From: Candidatus Algichlamydia australiensis
GTDB taxonomy: Bacteria > Chlamydiota > Chlamydiia > Chlamydiales > JAJFMI01
Assembly (NCBI GenBank): GCA_033977065.1
Contig: JAXCHI010000002.1
Location: 64,001-128,000 of the forward strand
Length of the DNA stretch: 64,000 nucleotides
Direction of reading: 5' to 3'
Shown: positions 10,801 to 20,508 of the stretch, piece after piece
How positions within the stretch are numbered: position 1 is the first letter of the stretch
How the letters are laid out: the number at the start of each line of letters is the position of its first letter
Notes under the pieces: model-generated
The model's input: only the letters and a program-made list of their open reading frames with translations
What the model was told of the DNA's origin: nothing
The model's database searches: none
Made by a program: the position numbers and the translations under genes

Positions 10801-11354
10801 TGGCTGAGCGACCTTTATGTTACTACGGCAATCCTGTGCTAAGAGAGAGGTGTAAACCGGTTGAAGAGTTTAATGAAGAAATCCGCCAAGTAATCGACGA
10901 TTTACTTGATACAATTGCCCATCTTGATACACAGCCTCGTGTGAATGCTGTTGGTTTGGCAGCACCCCAAATCGGTTACACATGGCGAATCTTCCTCACA
11001 CATGTCCCGGTAGAAGATAAGAGTGGGAAATGGCATCGAGGTGAGGTAAAAGTCTATGTAAATCCTAAAATTCTTTCTTACTCAGAAGAGGAGAAATCGT
11101 GGGATGAGGGCTGTTTTTCCATTCCAAGACTCTACGCAGAAGTGTTTCGTCCACAAGAAATAAAAATTGAAGCGATGGATCGAGATGGTAACATTTTCCA
11201 AGAGACCCTAACAGAATTTGCCGCATGCAACTTTTGTCATGAGCACGACCATATTAACGGAGTTCTCTTCATCGACCGCATCTCCAACTCAGACAAAAAA
11301 CGTCTCAAACCCCTTCTTAAAAAACTTAAGAAGAAGTACTCGTCAAATCCTTAA
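10800..11354 (+). CDS. def: Peptide deformylase
   Basis: GLAAPQIG, EGCFSIP and HEHDHING motifs. Confidence 0.96.
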   Translation: MAERPLCYYGNPVLRERCKPVEEFNEEIRQVIDDLLDTIAHLDTQPRVNAVGLAAPQIGYTWRIFLTHVPVEDKSGKWHRGEVKVYVNPKILSYSEEEKSWDEGCFSIPRLYAEVFRPQEIKIEAMDRDGNIFQETLTEFAACNFCHEHDHINGVLFIDRISNSDKKRLKPLLKKLKKKYSSNP

Positions 11355-11901
11355 TTTTCTTCTCCGTAATAGAATCTAATTCTTTTTCTCTATTTGGATT
11401 TGTTGCTAAATAGCAATAAGAGAGGAAGCCTGTGATGAAGAGAGCTATGACGGCTGAGACTTTGATGAGGTTAGATGAGAAATGGGAAGAATTCTCAAAA
11501 ATAATTTTGCTTCCTACAAGGTGAATGAGTCCTTGAGTAAGCAATCCTGTATGATTTTTTCTTCTACAATCAATTTTTTGATTTATAAGCGGAGTGAGTT
11601 GTTTGCAAATTTTGCAGGTGCTCTCTTCTTTGCTAGGATAGTGCTTAGGATAGAAAAATTTAGAAGCAACTAAGGCAACAACTCCAAAACTGGCGCCTGT
11701 TATTTGTGTAGTTTGTAAGATCTTTTTTGTTTTGATTCCTGAATAAGAAGTGCATAAAAAAAGTTGCAGTCCTATGGCGCTAATACCAGCTAACGTAGTA
11801 AGAGCTGTAAACCCAGTATTCCATAATTCGTTATCTTGAGAATACTCACTAATAAGGCTATTTTCTGCCGCACCTTGATGTTCGCAACATTTCGTAGTCA
11901 T
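11326..11901 (-). CDS. Hypothetical 4-TM membrane protein (paralog 2 of a tandem pair)
   Basis: 191-aa AT-rich ORF with two hydrophobic hairpins and a CKICKQLTPL motif; TAATG coupling to the upstream paralog. Confidence 0.7.
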   Translation of the reverse strand: MTTKCCEHQGAAENSLISEYSQDNELWNTGFTALTTLAGISAIGLQLFLCTSYSGIKTKKILQTTQITGASFGVVALVASKFFYPKHYPSKEESTCKICKQLTPLINQKIDCRRKNHTGLLTQGLIHLVGSKIIFENSSHFSSNLIKVSAVIALFITGFLSYCYLATNPNREKELDSITEKKIKDLTSTSS

Positions 11902-12470
11902 TATAAGAATTTTTCATTTACAATCTTTTGGATCGCCTTATCAAGAGGAGGTTCATCGTCGTTGTTTTGGGACATAGCTGCAATAGCAATACTAGAAATG
12001 AATGTAAGCACAGGAATTAGGTTGAATTTATCTTTGAAAAAATAGGGTGATAGTGCCATGCCCGCATAAAAAACTGAGCAGAACGTAAGTGCGTCAAAGG
12101 AAAGTTCACGCGATTTTGTGATTTCGTTATTTTTTAGCGGAACAAGCTTTTTGCAAATCTCGCAAGGTACATCGTCTTTGGAAAGAAGTTTTGGTCGTGG
12201 GATTTGACGAGCGATAAGTGCTAAACCAAACGTTACACTACCTGCGAGTAAAGTATACTTATGTGCTGTTTGTGTTTTACTTCCAGCATAGGAAGTTATT
12301 TGCGGAAGTGTACCCAGAATAAAAGCTGTAATCGAAGTCATTAGAGCGAGCATACTAGTTGCATTCCACATAAACTCAGGATAGTCACTTTTATGAATTT
12401 CTATTTCTAGCTGAGAAAAAAGTTCATTGCTATCTGTAAAATTATTGTGTTTGCATGAAACTGATGCCAT
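11901..12470 (-). CDS. Hypothetical 4-TM membrane protein (paralog 1 of a tandem pair)
   Basis: 189-aa ORF with the same layout and a CEICKKLVPL motif. Confidence 0.7.
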   Translation of the reverse strand: MASVSCKHNNFTDSNELFSQLEIEIHKSDYPEFMWNATSMLALMTSITAFILGTLPQITSYAGSKTQTAHKYTLLAGSVTFGLALIARQIPRPKLLSKDDVPCEICKKLVPLKNNEITKSRELSFDALTFCSVFYAGMALSPYFFKDKFNLIPVLTFISSIAIAAMSQNNDDEPPLDKAIQKIVNEKFL

Positions 12471-12521
12471 AGATCGTGCCCTTAATAATTTTCATTTGGC
12501 TGAATTATAAATGAAATCTTA

Positions 12522-12554
12522 ATAAAAGAAAAGCCCCGCGAATAGCGAGGCTTT
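12522..12554 (-). terminator. Rho-independent terminator of hrcA-grpE-dnaK
   Basis: Minus strand reads AAAGCCTCGC-TATTC-GCGGGGCTTTT followed by CTTTTAT, just after the dnaK stop. Confidence 0.8.
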
Positions 12555-12576
12555 AGAAGAAGGGTTAAATTAAAAT

Positions 12577-14493
12577 TTAACTTTTGTCTTCCTCGTCAAG
12601 GACTTCAACTTCTGCATCCTCAATATCGGGTTTTTCTTGTGCAGCGCCTGCTTGTGGGCCGGGTTGAGGACCGGGTTGTGGTCCAGGCTGGCCGCCTGCT
12701 TGCTGCATCGCTTCCCCAATTTTTTGAATCGCAGTATTGAGCGCTTCGATCTCCGTACGGATGATGGCAACATCTCCACCCTCTTTTGCCTTTTTCAGGG
12801 CATCAATGCGGGTTTGGATTTCGCCCTGCACGTTTTCAGGAAGTTTATCCTTGTAATCCGTAAGCGCTTTTTCTGATCGGAAGATCAGGGCATCTGCTTC
12901 GTTGAGGGTGTCTACGCTCTCTTTGCGTTTTTTGTCCTCTTCCGCGTTCTCCTCTGCTTCTTTGATCTTCGCATTAATCTCATCTTCTGTGAGTCCTGAC
13001 TTGGCTTGGATTTTAATTTTCTGTTCTTTACCAGAGCCGAGATCTTTTGCGGAGACGTTTAGGATCCCGTCAGAGTCGACGTCAAAGGCGACTTCAATCT
13101 GAGGCGTACCGCGTGGAGCGGGAGGGATCTCAGTGAGGTCAAAGCGGCCGATCTCTTTGTTATCTTTGGCCATGGAGCGCTCTCCTTGGAGAACGACGAT
13201 GGTCACAGCAGGCTGGTTATCAGCTGCTGTTGAGAAGATCTGCTTTTTCTGTGTTGGGATAGTGGTGTTGCGCTCGACAAGCGGGGTCATCACACCACCC
13301 ATTGTTTCAATTCCGAGAGTTAGCGGAATCACATCAAGAAGAAGAACGTCTTTTACATCCCCTGCAAGAACTCCACCTTGAATTGCAGCACCAAGAGCTA
13401 CAACCTCATCAGGGTTTACTCCTTTGTGAGGTTCACGACCGAAAGCTTCTTGTACTTTTTGCTGTACAAGTGGCATGCGGCTCATTCCACCAACAAGAAT
13501 CACTTCTTGTATTTGGTCTTTAGATAGGCCAGCATCTTTTAGCGCTTGTAAACATGGTGTAATTGTGCGTTCAACAAGATTTGCTGTTAAGCTTTCAAAT
13601 TTTGCTCTTGAAAGGGTCAGTGCCAAGTGTTTTGGTCCACTTGCATCCATAGTAATAAAGGGTTGGTTGATCTCTGTAGAGTTTGTTCCTGAGAGTTCAA
13701 TTTTCGCCTTTTCAGCAGCATCTTTAAGGCGCTGCAGAGCCATTTTATCTTGAGCGAGGTCGATACCTGTTTCTGATTTGAATTCGCTAAGCATCCACTC
13801 GATCACAGCATTATCAAAGTCGTCTCCACCAAGGTGTGTATCACCGTTTGTGGCAAGTACTTCAAAAACACCTTCGCCAACTTCTAAGATAGAGATATCA
13901 AATGTTCCTCCACCAAGATCGTATACAGCGATTTTTTTATCGCCGCCCTTCTTATCAAGGCCGTAAGCAAGCGCAGCTGCTGTCGGTTCAGGGATAATGC
14001 GTTTGACATCAAGACCTGCAATGCGGCCGGCGTCTTTTGTTGATTGGCGTTGTGAGTCGTTAAAGTAGGCGGGCACAGTAATCACAGCTTCTGTTACCTC
14101 TTCACCGAGATAGCTCTCCGCAGTCTCTTTCATCTTTGTAAGAACTTGCGCAGCAACTTCTTCAGGGGATAGAGTTTTGCCATCCACTTCAAAAGCGGCC
14201 TTACCGCCAGTGCCTTCCACAACTTTGTAAGGAACTTTTTCACTTTTCACTTCTGAAAAGTTACAGCCAATAAAGCGTTTTGTTGAATAGAGTGTCTTGT
14301 CTGGGTTTGTAACAGCTTGACGTTTTGCAGGAACACCTACTAGACGCTCATCGCCTTTGTAACCAACGATCGAAGGGGTTGTGCGTGTACCTTCAGCATT
14401 GGCAATCACTTTTGCCTCAGAGCCCTCCATAATTGCTACGCAGGAGTTGGTGGTTCCAAGATCAATTCCGATGATTCTTTTTTTCTTACTCAT
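12577..14493 (-). CDS. dnaK: Chaperone DnaK (Hsp70)
   Basis: [23 protein letters not shown] and [13 protein letters not shown] motifs; C-terminal QPGP repeats. Alternative start at 14508. Confidence 0.98.
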   Translation of the reverse strand: MSKKKRIIGIDLGTTNSCVAIMEGSEAKVIANAEGTRTTPSIVGYKGDERLVGVPAKRQAVTNPDKTLYSTKRFIGCNFSEVKSEKVPYKVVEGTGGKAAFEVDGKTLSPEEVAAQVLTKMKETAESYLGEEVTEAVITVPAYFNDSQRQSTKDAGRIAGLDVKRIIPEPTAAALAYGLDKKGGDKKIAVYDLGGGTFDISILEVGEGVFEVLATNGDTHLGGDDFDNAVIEWMLSEFKSETGIDLAQDKMALQRLKDAAEKAKIELSGTNSTEINQPFITMDASGPKHLALTLSRAKFESLTANLVERTITPCLQALKDAGLSKDQIQEVILVGGMSRMPLVQQKVQEAFGREPHKGVNPDEVVALGAAIQGGVLAGDVKDVLLLDVIPLTLGIETMGGVMTPLVERNTTIPTQKKQIFSTAADNQPAVTIVVLQGERSMAKDNKEIGRFDLTEIPPAPRGTPQIEVAFDVDSDGILNVSAKDLGSGKEQKIKIQAKSGLTEDEINAKIKEAEENAEEDKKRKESVDTLNEADALIFRSEKALTDYKDKLPENVQGEIQTRIDALKKAKEGGDVAIIRTEIEALNTAIQKIGEAMQQAGGQPGPQPGPQPGPQAGAAQEKPDIEDAEVEVLDEEDKS

Positions 14494-15040
14494 CTTCTTT
14501 TTCTCCAATTTTAATTTTTGTAACTTTTACTTTCGCGGGGCGTAAGATACGCTCTTTACTTTTGTAGCCGCGAATGAACTCTTCTACGATCATGTTCTCT
14601 TCACCCTCTTCAATCTCTTCAATCTCCACAGCTTCGTGCAGTGTGGGGTCAAAGCGCTCTCCAACGGAGTTAAAGGGAACAATCCCGTTATTTGCTAGGC
14701 CTTCCTGGAGCTGGGAGAGAATCATCTCAAATCCCATCGACCAGTTGCGGACTTCTTCACTCATCTGCTCTTTAAAGCCGAGAGCCTTTTCAAAATTATC
14801 GAGAGGAAGAAGAAGATCGCCTAAAATATTGTCGATCGCGTATTGCATGGAGTCGACTTTCTCTTTCTGCATCCGCTTCTTCGCATTCTCTGTCTCAGCT
14901 AAAGCACCTAAATATTTGTTTTGGTATTCTTTGATCTGCGCTTCAAGATCCTCCATCGTCGGCTCTTTCAGCTCTTCAACTGTCGGTTCTTCAATTTTTT
15001 CTTCTTCTGGTACTTCTTTGTCACTCATCGTTTGGCTCAT
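14486..15040 (-). CDS. grpE: Nucleotide exchange factor GrpE
   Basis: [18 protein letters not shown] and [16 protein letters not shown] motifs; operon position. Confidence 0.95.
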   Translation of the reverse strand: MSQTMSDKEVPEEEKIEEPTVEELKEPTMEDLEAQIKEYQNKYLGALAETENAKKRMQKEKVDSMQYAIDNILGDLLLPLDNFEKALGFKEQMSEEVRNWSMGFEMILSQLQEGLANNGIVPFNSVGERFDPTLHEAVEIEEIEEGEENMIVEEFIRGYKSKERILRPAKVKVTKIKIGEKEDE

Positions 15041-16151
15041 CTATTTCAGTTAATTTGGTTTCTGGGAGCAGCGGACTCTCCTTAAAAGGAAGATCAAGAC
15101 GCGGCTCGCGGTACGTAATTTGGTATTTATTCATGCTTTTCATCAGAGATTGTCCCATCTCCTTTGCAATCTCTTTTAAGAGCGCAAACACTTTGCTGTA
15201 CTCCATGCGCGCGGGACCAAGTAAGCAAATCACGCCCAAGGAGCGCTGCCCAATAGAGTAGGGGATTGTGATAACGGAGCAGTGCTCAGTAGCAAGGTCT
15301 TTCTTGAGCTCATCACCAATCCAGTAGCATAGCGAATGGTCTTCTACAGCCCGATGTAAGAAGCGATTTAAGAGGTGGGGATTTTCAAAAAGTGAGAGTG
15401 AGCCAGCTAGAGCAGTCGCTTCTAATAACTCGGGATGGTAGAGCATTTTAGAAAAACCGCACTTGTAAATTTCGGAATGTGTGAAGTTAGCGTAGTTGAC
15501 AATGTGGCGCAGAATGAGCTCGCTGTACAATTTTTCCGCTAGCTCCTCTTCGCCCTCTTCAAGATCCGGTTTTGGTAGATTTTTGATGCGGTGGGTAAAA
15601 TAGGTTTCAAGTCGTCTTAAAGAGAAGCTATTGATCTTTCCGGGAGTGTGGAGAACTTCGGTGCGAATCAAGCCAAATGTGGTAATTAGGACCGCTAAGA
15701 GGCGGTTTTCGCCCACAGAGACAAGTTTTACCTCGCCAATTGCGTCTTGATCAAATCGTGGCCCAGTGACAAGAGTCGCACACCCTGTCATCTCCGTGAT
15801 TGTTTCAGCTGCCTTCTGTAAATAGTGGGCTACCTCTTTGGTCTCTTGGCCAAGCTGGCTCTTAATAAGGAGGCGCTCCTCCTTCTTCAAATGGCTGCTG
15901 TTTTCTACCTCTTTGGCATAGAGTTTAAGGGCTTTGGATGTGGGAATACGGCCACCAGAGGTGTGAAGCTGCTTGAGTAGCTCCGCTTGCTCTAATTTAG
16001 AGTAGTAGTTGCGAATCGTAGCGGAACTCATATTTTTCAAACCGCTCTCTTTAAGTGTGTTAGAGCCAACTGGTTCCCCAGTTTTAAGGTAGAGTTCAAT
16101 CAGACTCATAAGCACCGCGTGCTCTTTTTGCTCAGATTTTCTACTTTTCAT
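15021..16151 (-). CDS. hrcA: Heat-inducible transcription repressor HrcA
   Basis: YLKTGEPVGS, SSATIRN, HTSGGRIPT and LGPARMEY motifs. Confidence 0.95.
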   Translation of the reverse strand: MKSRKSEQKEHAVLMSLIELYLKTGEPVGSNTLKESGLKNMSSATIRNYYSKLEQAELLKQLHTSGGRIPTSKALKLYAKEVENSSHLKKEERLLIKSQLGQETKEVAHYLQKAAETITEMTGCATLVTGPRFDQDAIGEVKLVSVGENRLLAVLITTFGLIRTEVLHTPGKINSFSLRRLETYFTHRIKNLPKPDLEEGEEELAEKLYSELILRHIVNYANFTHSEIYKCGFSKMLYHPELLEATALAGSLSLFENPHLLNRFLHRAVEDHSLCYWIGDELKKDLATEHCSVITIPYSIGQRSLGVICLLGPARMEYSKVFALLKEIAKEMGQSLMKSMNKYQITYREPRLDLPFKESPLLPETKLTEIDEPNDE

Positions 16152-16178
16152 TTAGCAATCACAACCCTCTTCTGCTAG
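16152..16178. promoter_or_regulatory. Degenerate CIRCE operator abutting the hrcA start codon
   Basis: TTAGCAATC-N9-TTCTGCTAG compared with consensus TTAGCACTC-N9-GAGTGCTAA. Confidence 0.65.
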
Positions 16179-16179
16179 A

Positions 16180-16208
16180 ATTTTATCACAGCTTGTTTCC
16201 TTTGGCAA
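16180..16208 (-). promoter_or_regulatory. Sigma66/sigma70-type promoter of hrcA-grpE-dnaK
   Basis: TTGCCA (16208-16203), 17 bp spacer, TAAAAT (16185-16180). Confidence 0.7.
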
Positions 16209-16214
16209 GGTTTT

Positions 16215-16241
16215 TTAGCACTCAAAGATTTAGATCGCCAA
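16215..16241. promoter_or_regulatory. CIRCE operator (HrcA site)
   Basis: TTAGCACTC-AAAGATTTA-GATCGCCAA: perfect left arm, N9 spacer, 6/9 right arm. Confidence 0.8.
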
Positions 16242-16348
16242 AAACGCAACTTAAACTCTTGTTTATCAATAAATTAATTAAAAATGCTTTTTAAATCCTC
16301 AAATTTGCTACATTGCTTAATTGTGCAAAAAAATTGAGGAGAGAAAAA

Positions 16349-16963
16349 ATGAGCATGATTAAAAAAACAGTTTTTAGCTTGATGCTTTTGTCTAGTATGA
16401 GGGTTTTTCCAACGGATGTAGAAAAAGTCTCTAAGATCAGTGACTCTTTAACGCTACTTTTGGGAAAAGAGGAAATTAACGAGGCAATTGAGAAGTTTGC
16501 AGCGGAGTTTAATCAAGATCAAACCCCACTCACAGTGATCTGTATCTTAAAGGGTGGTTTTGTATTTACAGCGGATGTGGTGCGGGCATTTACAATGCCA
16601 ACAAACGTACAATTTATTCGCTGCTCAAGCTATGGCACACGCGGAACAACCCCTGGCGCTTTAACGATTAACGGGCTTGAGAAACTGTCACTTGAGGGAG
16701 CAAATGTTCTTCTTATTGATGAAATTTTGGATTCAGGGCAGACTTTGCATGATGTCTATCACAAAATTTTAGAAATGAACCCAGCAAAATTGCAAACACT
16801 TGTTTTGCTTACAAAGAAGGTAGAGAATCAAAAATTTTCTGCTGACTATTCACTCTTTGATGTGGAAGACAACTTTGTTGTGGGCTATGGCATTGATTAC
16901 AAAGAGTGGTTCCGCAACCTGCCTGACATCTACATCAGTCGTGATCCAAAGCTGCTTGATTAG
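16349..16963 (+). CDS. hpt: Hypoxanthine phosphoribosyltransferase with N-terminal signal-like extension
   Basis: ICILKGGFVFTAD, SSYG, PRPP loop VLLIDEILDSGQTL and FVVGYGIDYKEWFRNLPDI; SD GAGGAG before 16349. Confidence 0.9.
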   Translation: MSMIKKTVFSLMLLSSMRVFPTDVEKVSKISDSLTLLLGKEEINEAIEKFAAEFNQDQTPLTVICILKGGFVFTADVVRAFTMPTNVQFIRCSSYGTRGTTPGALTINGLEKLSLEGANVLLIDEILDSGQTLHDVYHKILEMNPAKLQTLVLLTKKVENQKFSADYSLFDVEDNFVVGYGIDYKEWFRNLPDIYISRDPKLLD

Positions 16964-17123
16964 ATAGCGTCGTCAAAAGGCTATAATCAGATTATTTTTC
17001 ATGTTTGCAGCTTATTTTTGTGCGGAAATTGAAGCTGAATTTGTAAATTCCGCTTCATTTGAGCACAAAAATGGAGCCCAAACATGAAAAATAAGATGGT
17101 TGTATGCTTTTGACGACGCTATC
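16963..17123 (+). mobile_element. Palindromic miniature element, family A, copy 1 (161 bp, TA-flanked)
   Basis: Ends GATAGCGTCGTCAAAAG...CTTTTGACGACGCTATC with TA on both sides; near-identical copies at 31703 and 47272. Confidence 0.9.
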
Positions 17124-20100
17124 TAGTCCAATTTTTTGACTTTGTGACCCGAAAGTTTTGGCTCCATAATAAGCGGGTCGACGGTGAGAAGTGGTAGGAC
17201 GTCGACGATCGAAGGCGACCAGGAGAGGCCTTTGCGGTAGACCGCTTTTGCTGCAATGTAGGCAGCGATCATTGCTTTTTTGTGCACATCAGGGATCTCT
17301 TTGAGAATGCGGTCAGGGAAATCTTTACGCAGGAAAGGTGGGCAGGAGTGGAAGAGGCATTGGATGAGGGGATCCTCTGGGTTTTCAGGTAGATGAACGC
17401 TCTCTAAGTAGTCTAAAATTTGGTAGGTGTAGGCGTTGATGCGTTCAGAGACTTCTTCTGAGAGATCTGTAAAGTATTTACCTGTCTCAGCATTTGCGCG
17501 GATGAGAAGCTGCGCTTCGCTGCGCGCTTTGTCTGCAATGAGAGTGAGGATTTCCGGCATAAAGCTCTCTTTCAGTTTTAGAAATTCTTCATCGGAAAGG
17601 GTCAGGCCGAGCAGGACTTCAAATGAGGAGCAGATCACGCCTCCTTTGTTTGCAGAGCTATCTTTGACAATCATCACACCTTTGTCTTCAAGTTTGCGGC
17701 GCGCTTCTTGTGTGATATAGAGGTTAGCGCCTTCAACGATCGCTCGTGAGGTGGGATTGCCCGATTCATCGAGAAAGTCGGTCCAATTTTGATTATTTAG
17801 TGTGCGGGGGCGGCCACCAGCAGGAATGAAGATATCCGCTTTGACTTGGTGCACATTGTGCCGCAAAAGGTGATTCATATCGTTACCAGAGAGCCAGTCT
17901 TCTTCCAGTTTTTTCCCTTTCATGCGATAGCAGAGCGTCTGCTGGGTATAGGCAGTCTGTTCGCGTTTTGTGAAGGCGTCAAGAAGAAATCCGCCGTCGT
18001 GAAGGAGCTTAGCAGGGTAGTGGCGAATCGATTTTCCTTCGTGAAAGAGCTTACTCATCTCATCTAAGTTGAGTCCTTCTGGGTCAAAGATGGTGCCGGA
18101 GACATCGATGAGAGCGACAAGCTTTGCGGTTTTCGGAAAATCTCTATAGAGATTCAAAATCTGATTTCCTGCAACGTCTCCATCGGGCCCGCCAGAAATT
18201 TTTACAGTGAAAGAGTCTTTTGTTGGATCGATATCGAGATGTTTGAGGGTCTCAATCATGTAGACGTTTACCCCGAGCGAGGTGACTCCAAACTCTTTGT
18301 GGTTGATTCCCACATCGGGTTTTGAGGAGATGAAGGCTTTTCCTGGCTTGTATTCAGCTGATACAGCATAGTCAGCGATCCACTCAATCATCTCATTGTG
18401 CATATTTTCATCAGGACCAAGATAGATGTATTCGGGACGCTTGTAGTAGTCGACAATATGCTTCGCTTTGAGAAGACCGTTCTCTTCGCAGTTGACTAAG
18501 GTTACAAAGCTGTGCACGTAGGAGCGCTGCGACTGGTAAAGATATTGAATCTTTTGTTCCTCTTCATACGTGGCAACTTTTTTTTCGATCTCTTCGCTTG
18601 GGACGCCTCCAAATCGAAGCTCTTTTTCGTAAATTTTTCCTTCTGCCTGTAAAACATCATAGGGCTCTAAGAAAATGACCCCTTTAGAGCCCCCTTCAGG
18701 AATATCTTTGTTTTTTTTCTGCTGTGTATAGGCGAGGTTGTAACACTCAGAAAAGACAGTATTTCTTTCTGCTTCCATCTGTTCCATTTTGCGTGGAAAG
18801 ACGGTGCGCAGCCCTCCGCGAGAGAGGTCTTTGAATCGAATATGGAAGCCGATAAAATGCATGCCTTTAAAGAAAAAAATGGCAAAAGGAAGTTCAGGAA
18901 ATCGTTCTTGGCGGTCGTAGGGGAGCGCATCAAGATAGTGAGGGTCAAGACGGAAAGAGAGGCTGCTCTTATTATTTCGGTAAAAGTTGTTTTTTAACGT
19001 GTACTCTATGAAGGTATGGCCAAGAGTTAAAATATTCTTTCGGCGAGTGTCATTGATCTCATTTCCTGTATCAAGATCTTCAACAAGTTGCAAAAACTCT
19101 TTGGATTTTTTCTTATACTCCTCCGGACTGTTTTTATCCGGATGAAACTTGAGTTTAAAGAGTTCGGCGAGCATTGCAGTTAACTCAGGGTGACGACAGA
19201 GTCCCTCTTCTATATTTTCCCGGTCGTAGAGATTGGGATCGGCATAGGTGAGTGCTTGGTGAATAAAATCGAGCATTGCGCGAATTAAATTGGCATAGTT
19301 TCCCGATGCAAGCTTGGTATCAACTAGGACATTTTCAATCGTATCTTGTGTGTCGAAATACTTGAGCGTAACAAGTTCACGTAAAAAGACATTGAGATCA
19401 GTCGCTTCCCAGGCGGCTTTGCCATCAATACCATCAAAACCAATTGACATGATTAGAATATTTTTTTTGCTCCACGGGTCGATGTAGGTCGCATTAACGC
19501 GTTTCATCACAAGATTGTGGCGATAGACCATCTTCGCAAGACGGTACAAAAATCTATGTTTGGGCGCGTTGCGCCACGCAAGAACAATCTGAAGAGAGGG
19601 AGCGCCGGTCTCCTTCCAATCTTCGTTTTTCTTTATCTCATACTGGCAGTGATCGCGCGATTTAGCGCGCAGAAACATCTCGAGGGCGGTGATGAGACGA
19701 TCTTCGTTCATCGAGCGTACAAAGCGCGCATTCATATTTTCTAGCAAATGCTCAAAGAGGTCGCGCTGCATCTCTGGATTTTTTTTCTGAATCTTGCCAA
19801 AGAGCTCATCACAGCTTTCTTTTGATAAAATCTCATGGACTTGTTCACCACTCTCTTGATACTCAGTGAAGTAGATCACGCCAACGCGTAACTTTTGTGT
19901 GATTCCCTCAAATGGTGGAGGCACATCAGAAATAAAAGCTTGATAATTCTTTATGCCATACATGTTGTAGTGGCGCAGAATCTTGATATCTGCATCTGGG
20001 GCATCAAGGCACATGACAATCGCGCAATGCTGTAGGCGAAACTGAGAAAAGTGGTCTTGCAGGGGGAAGCCCATCATGTTGTGGGCGACCATCATGGCGT

Positions 20101-20248
20101 GTAGAGGCTCGATTTCCTCAAAAAAAGCGGGAGGCATGTGCTTTTCCAGCCAGTGGAAGTAGTCTTCGAAGAGCTCGCTCTCCTTCTTGACCGCTCCTTC
20201 GACCTCTTGTTCGGTTAGTTTTTTATGCTTTCTTTTCTTCCAAATCAT
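17123..20248 (-). CDS. Large NAD-specific glutamate dehydrogenase (GDH2/GdhB type)
   Basis: GFHIRFKDLSRGGLR, LAYTQQKKNKDIPEGGSKG, LGPDENM, GGPDGDVAGN, IVEGANLY and KDSSANKGGVICSSFE motifs. Confidence 0.92.
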   Translation of the reverse strand: MIWKKRKHKKLTEQEVEGAVKKESELFEDYFHWLEKHMPPAFFEEIEPLHAMMVAHNMMGFPLQDHFSQFRLQHCAIVMCLDAPDADIKILRHYNMYGIKNYQAFISDVPPPFEGITQKLRVGVIYFTEYQESGEQVHEILSKESCDELFGKIQKKNPEMQRDLFEHLLENMNARFVRSMNEDRLITALEMFLRAKSRDHCQYEIKKNEDWKETGAPSLQIVLAWRNAPKHRFLYRLAKMVYRHNLVMKRVNATYIDPWSKKNILIMSIGFDGIDGKAAWEATDLNVFLRELVTLKYFDTQDTIENVLVDTKLASGNYANLIRAMLDFIHQALTYADPNLYDRENIEEGLCRHPELTAMLAELFKLKFHPDKNSPEEYKKKSKEFLQLVEDLDTGNEINDTRRKNILTLGHTFIEYTLKNNFYRNNKSSLSFRLDPHYLDALPYDRQERFPELPFAIFFFKGMHFIGFHIRFKDLSRGGLRTVFPRKMEQMEAERNTVFSECYNLAYTQQKKNKDIPEGGSKGVIFLEPYDVLQAEGKIYEKELRFGGVPSEEIEKKVATYEEEQKIQYLYQSQRSYVHSFVTLVNCEENGLLKAKHIVDYYKRPEYIYLGPDENMHNEMIEWIADYAVSAEYKPGKAFISSKPDVGINHKEFGVTSLGVNVYMIETLKHLDIDPTKDSFTVKISGGPDGDVAGNQILNLYRDFPKTAKLVALIDVSGTIFDPEGLNLDEMSKLFHEGKSIRHYPAKLLHDGGFLLDAFTKREQTAYTQQTLCYRMKGKKLEEDWLSGNDMNHLLRHNVHQVKADIFIPAGGRPRTLNNQNWTDFLDESGNPTSRAIVEGANLYITQEARRKLEDKGVMIVKDSSANKGGVICSSFEVLLGLTLSDEEFLKLKESFMPEILTLIADKARSEAQLLIRANAETGKYFTDLSEEVSERINAYTYQILDYLESVHLPENPEDPLIQCLFHSCPPFLRKDFPDRILKEIPDVHKKAMIAAYIAAKAVYRKGLSWSPSIVDVLPLLTVDPLIMEPKLSGHKVKKLD

Positions 20249-20340
20249 AATTAAATCTAATTAGACGTGTCTCTAACTATTATAATATTATTAAACGTGA
20301 TTAGATATGATCGGAATAATTTTCCTAGTGATTAGTTTAG

Positions 20341-20457
20341 TTCGTCTCGATCTCGCTTTGCCAAATCGCTCTTCAGCCGTCGTGCCGTATTACCTATGCT
20401 GTCACACCGGCTGAATTGCGATTTTGCTTTGCGACATGAACCCGTGACGACGCTATC
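20341..20457. repeat. Degenerate palindromic element (core D) ending in a family-A terminus
   Basis: Hairpin ATCGC-TC-TTCAGCCG...CGGCTGAA-TT-GCGAT; right end TGACGACGCTATC-TA identical to family A; left part TTCGTCTCGATCTCGCTT matches 45565. Confidence 0.65.
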
Positions 20458-20508
20458 TAGCTTTTTTATGAAAAAGGTTTTAAACTTCTGTTTTTTAGGA
20501 GAAAGTTT

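Noticed and set aside
12637..15261. Several plus-strand ORFs antisense to dnaK, grpE and hrcA (similar ones over gdh, zntA, ftsK, groEL)
   Set aside because: Shadow frames opposite well-supported conserved genes.
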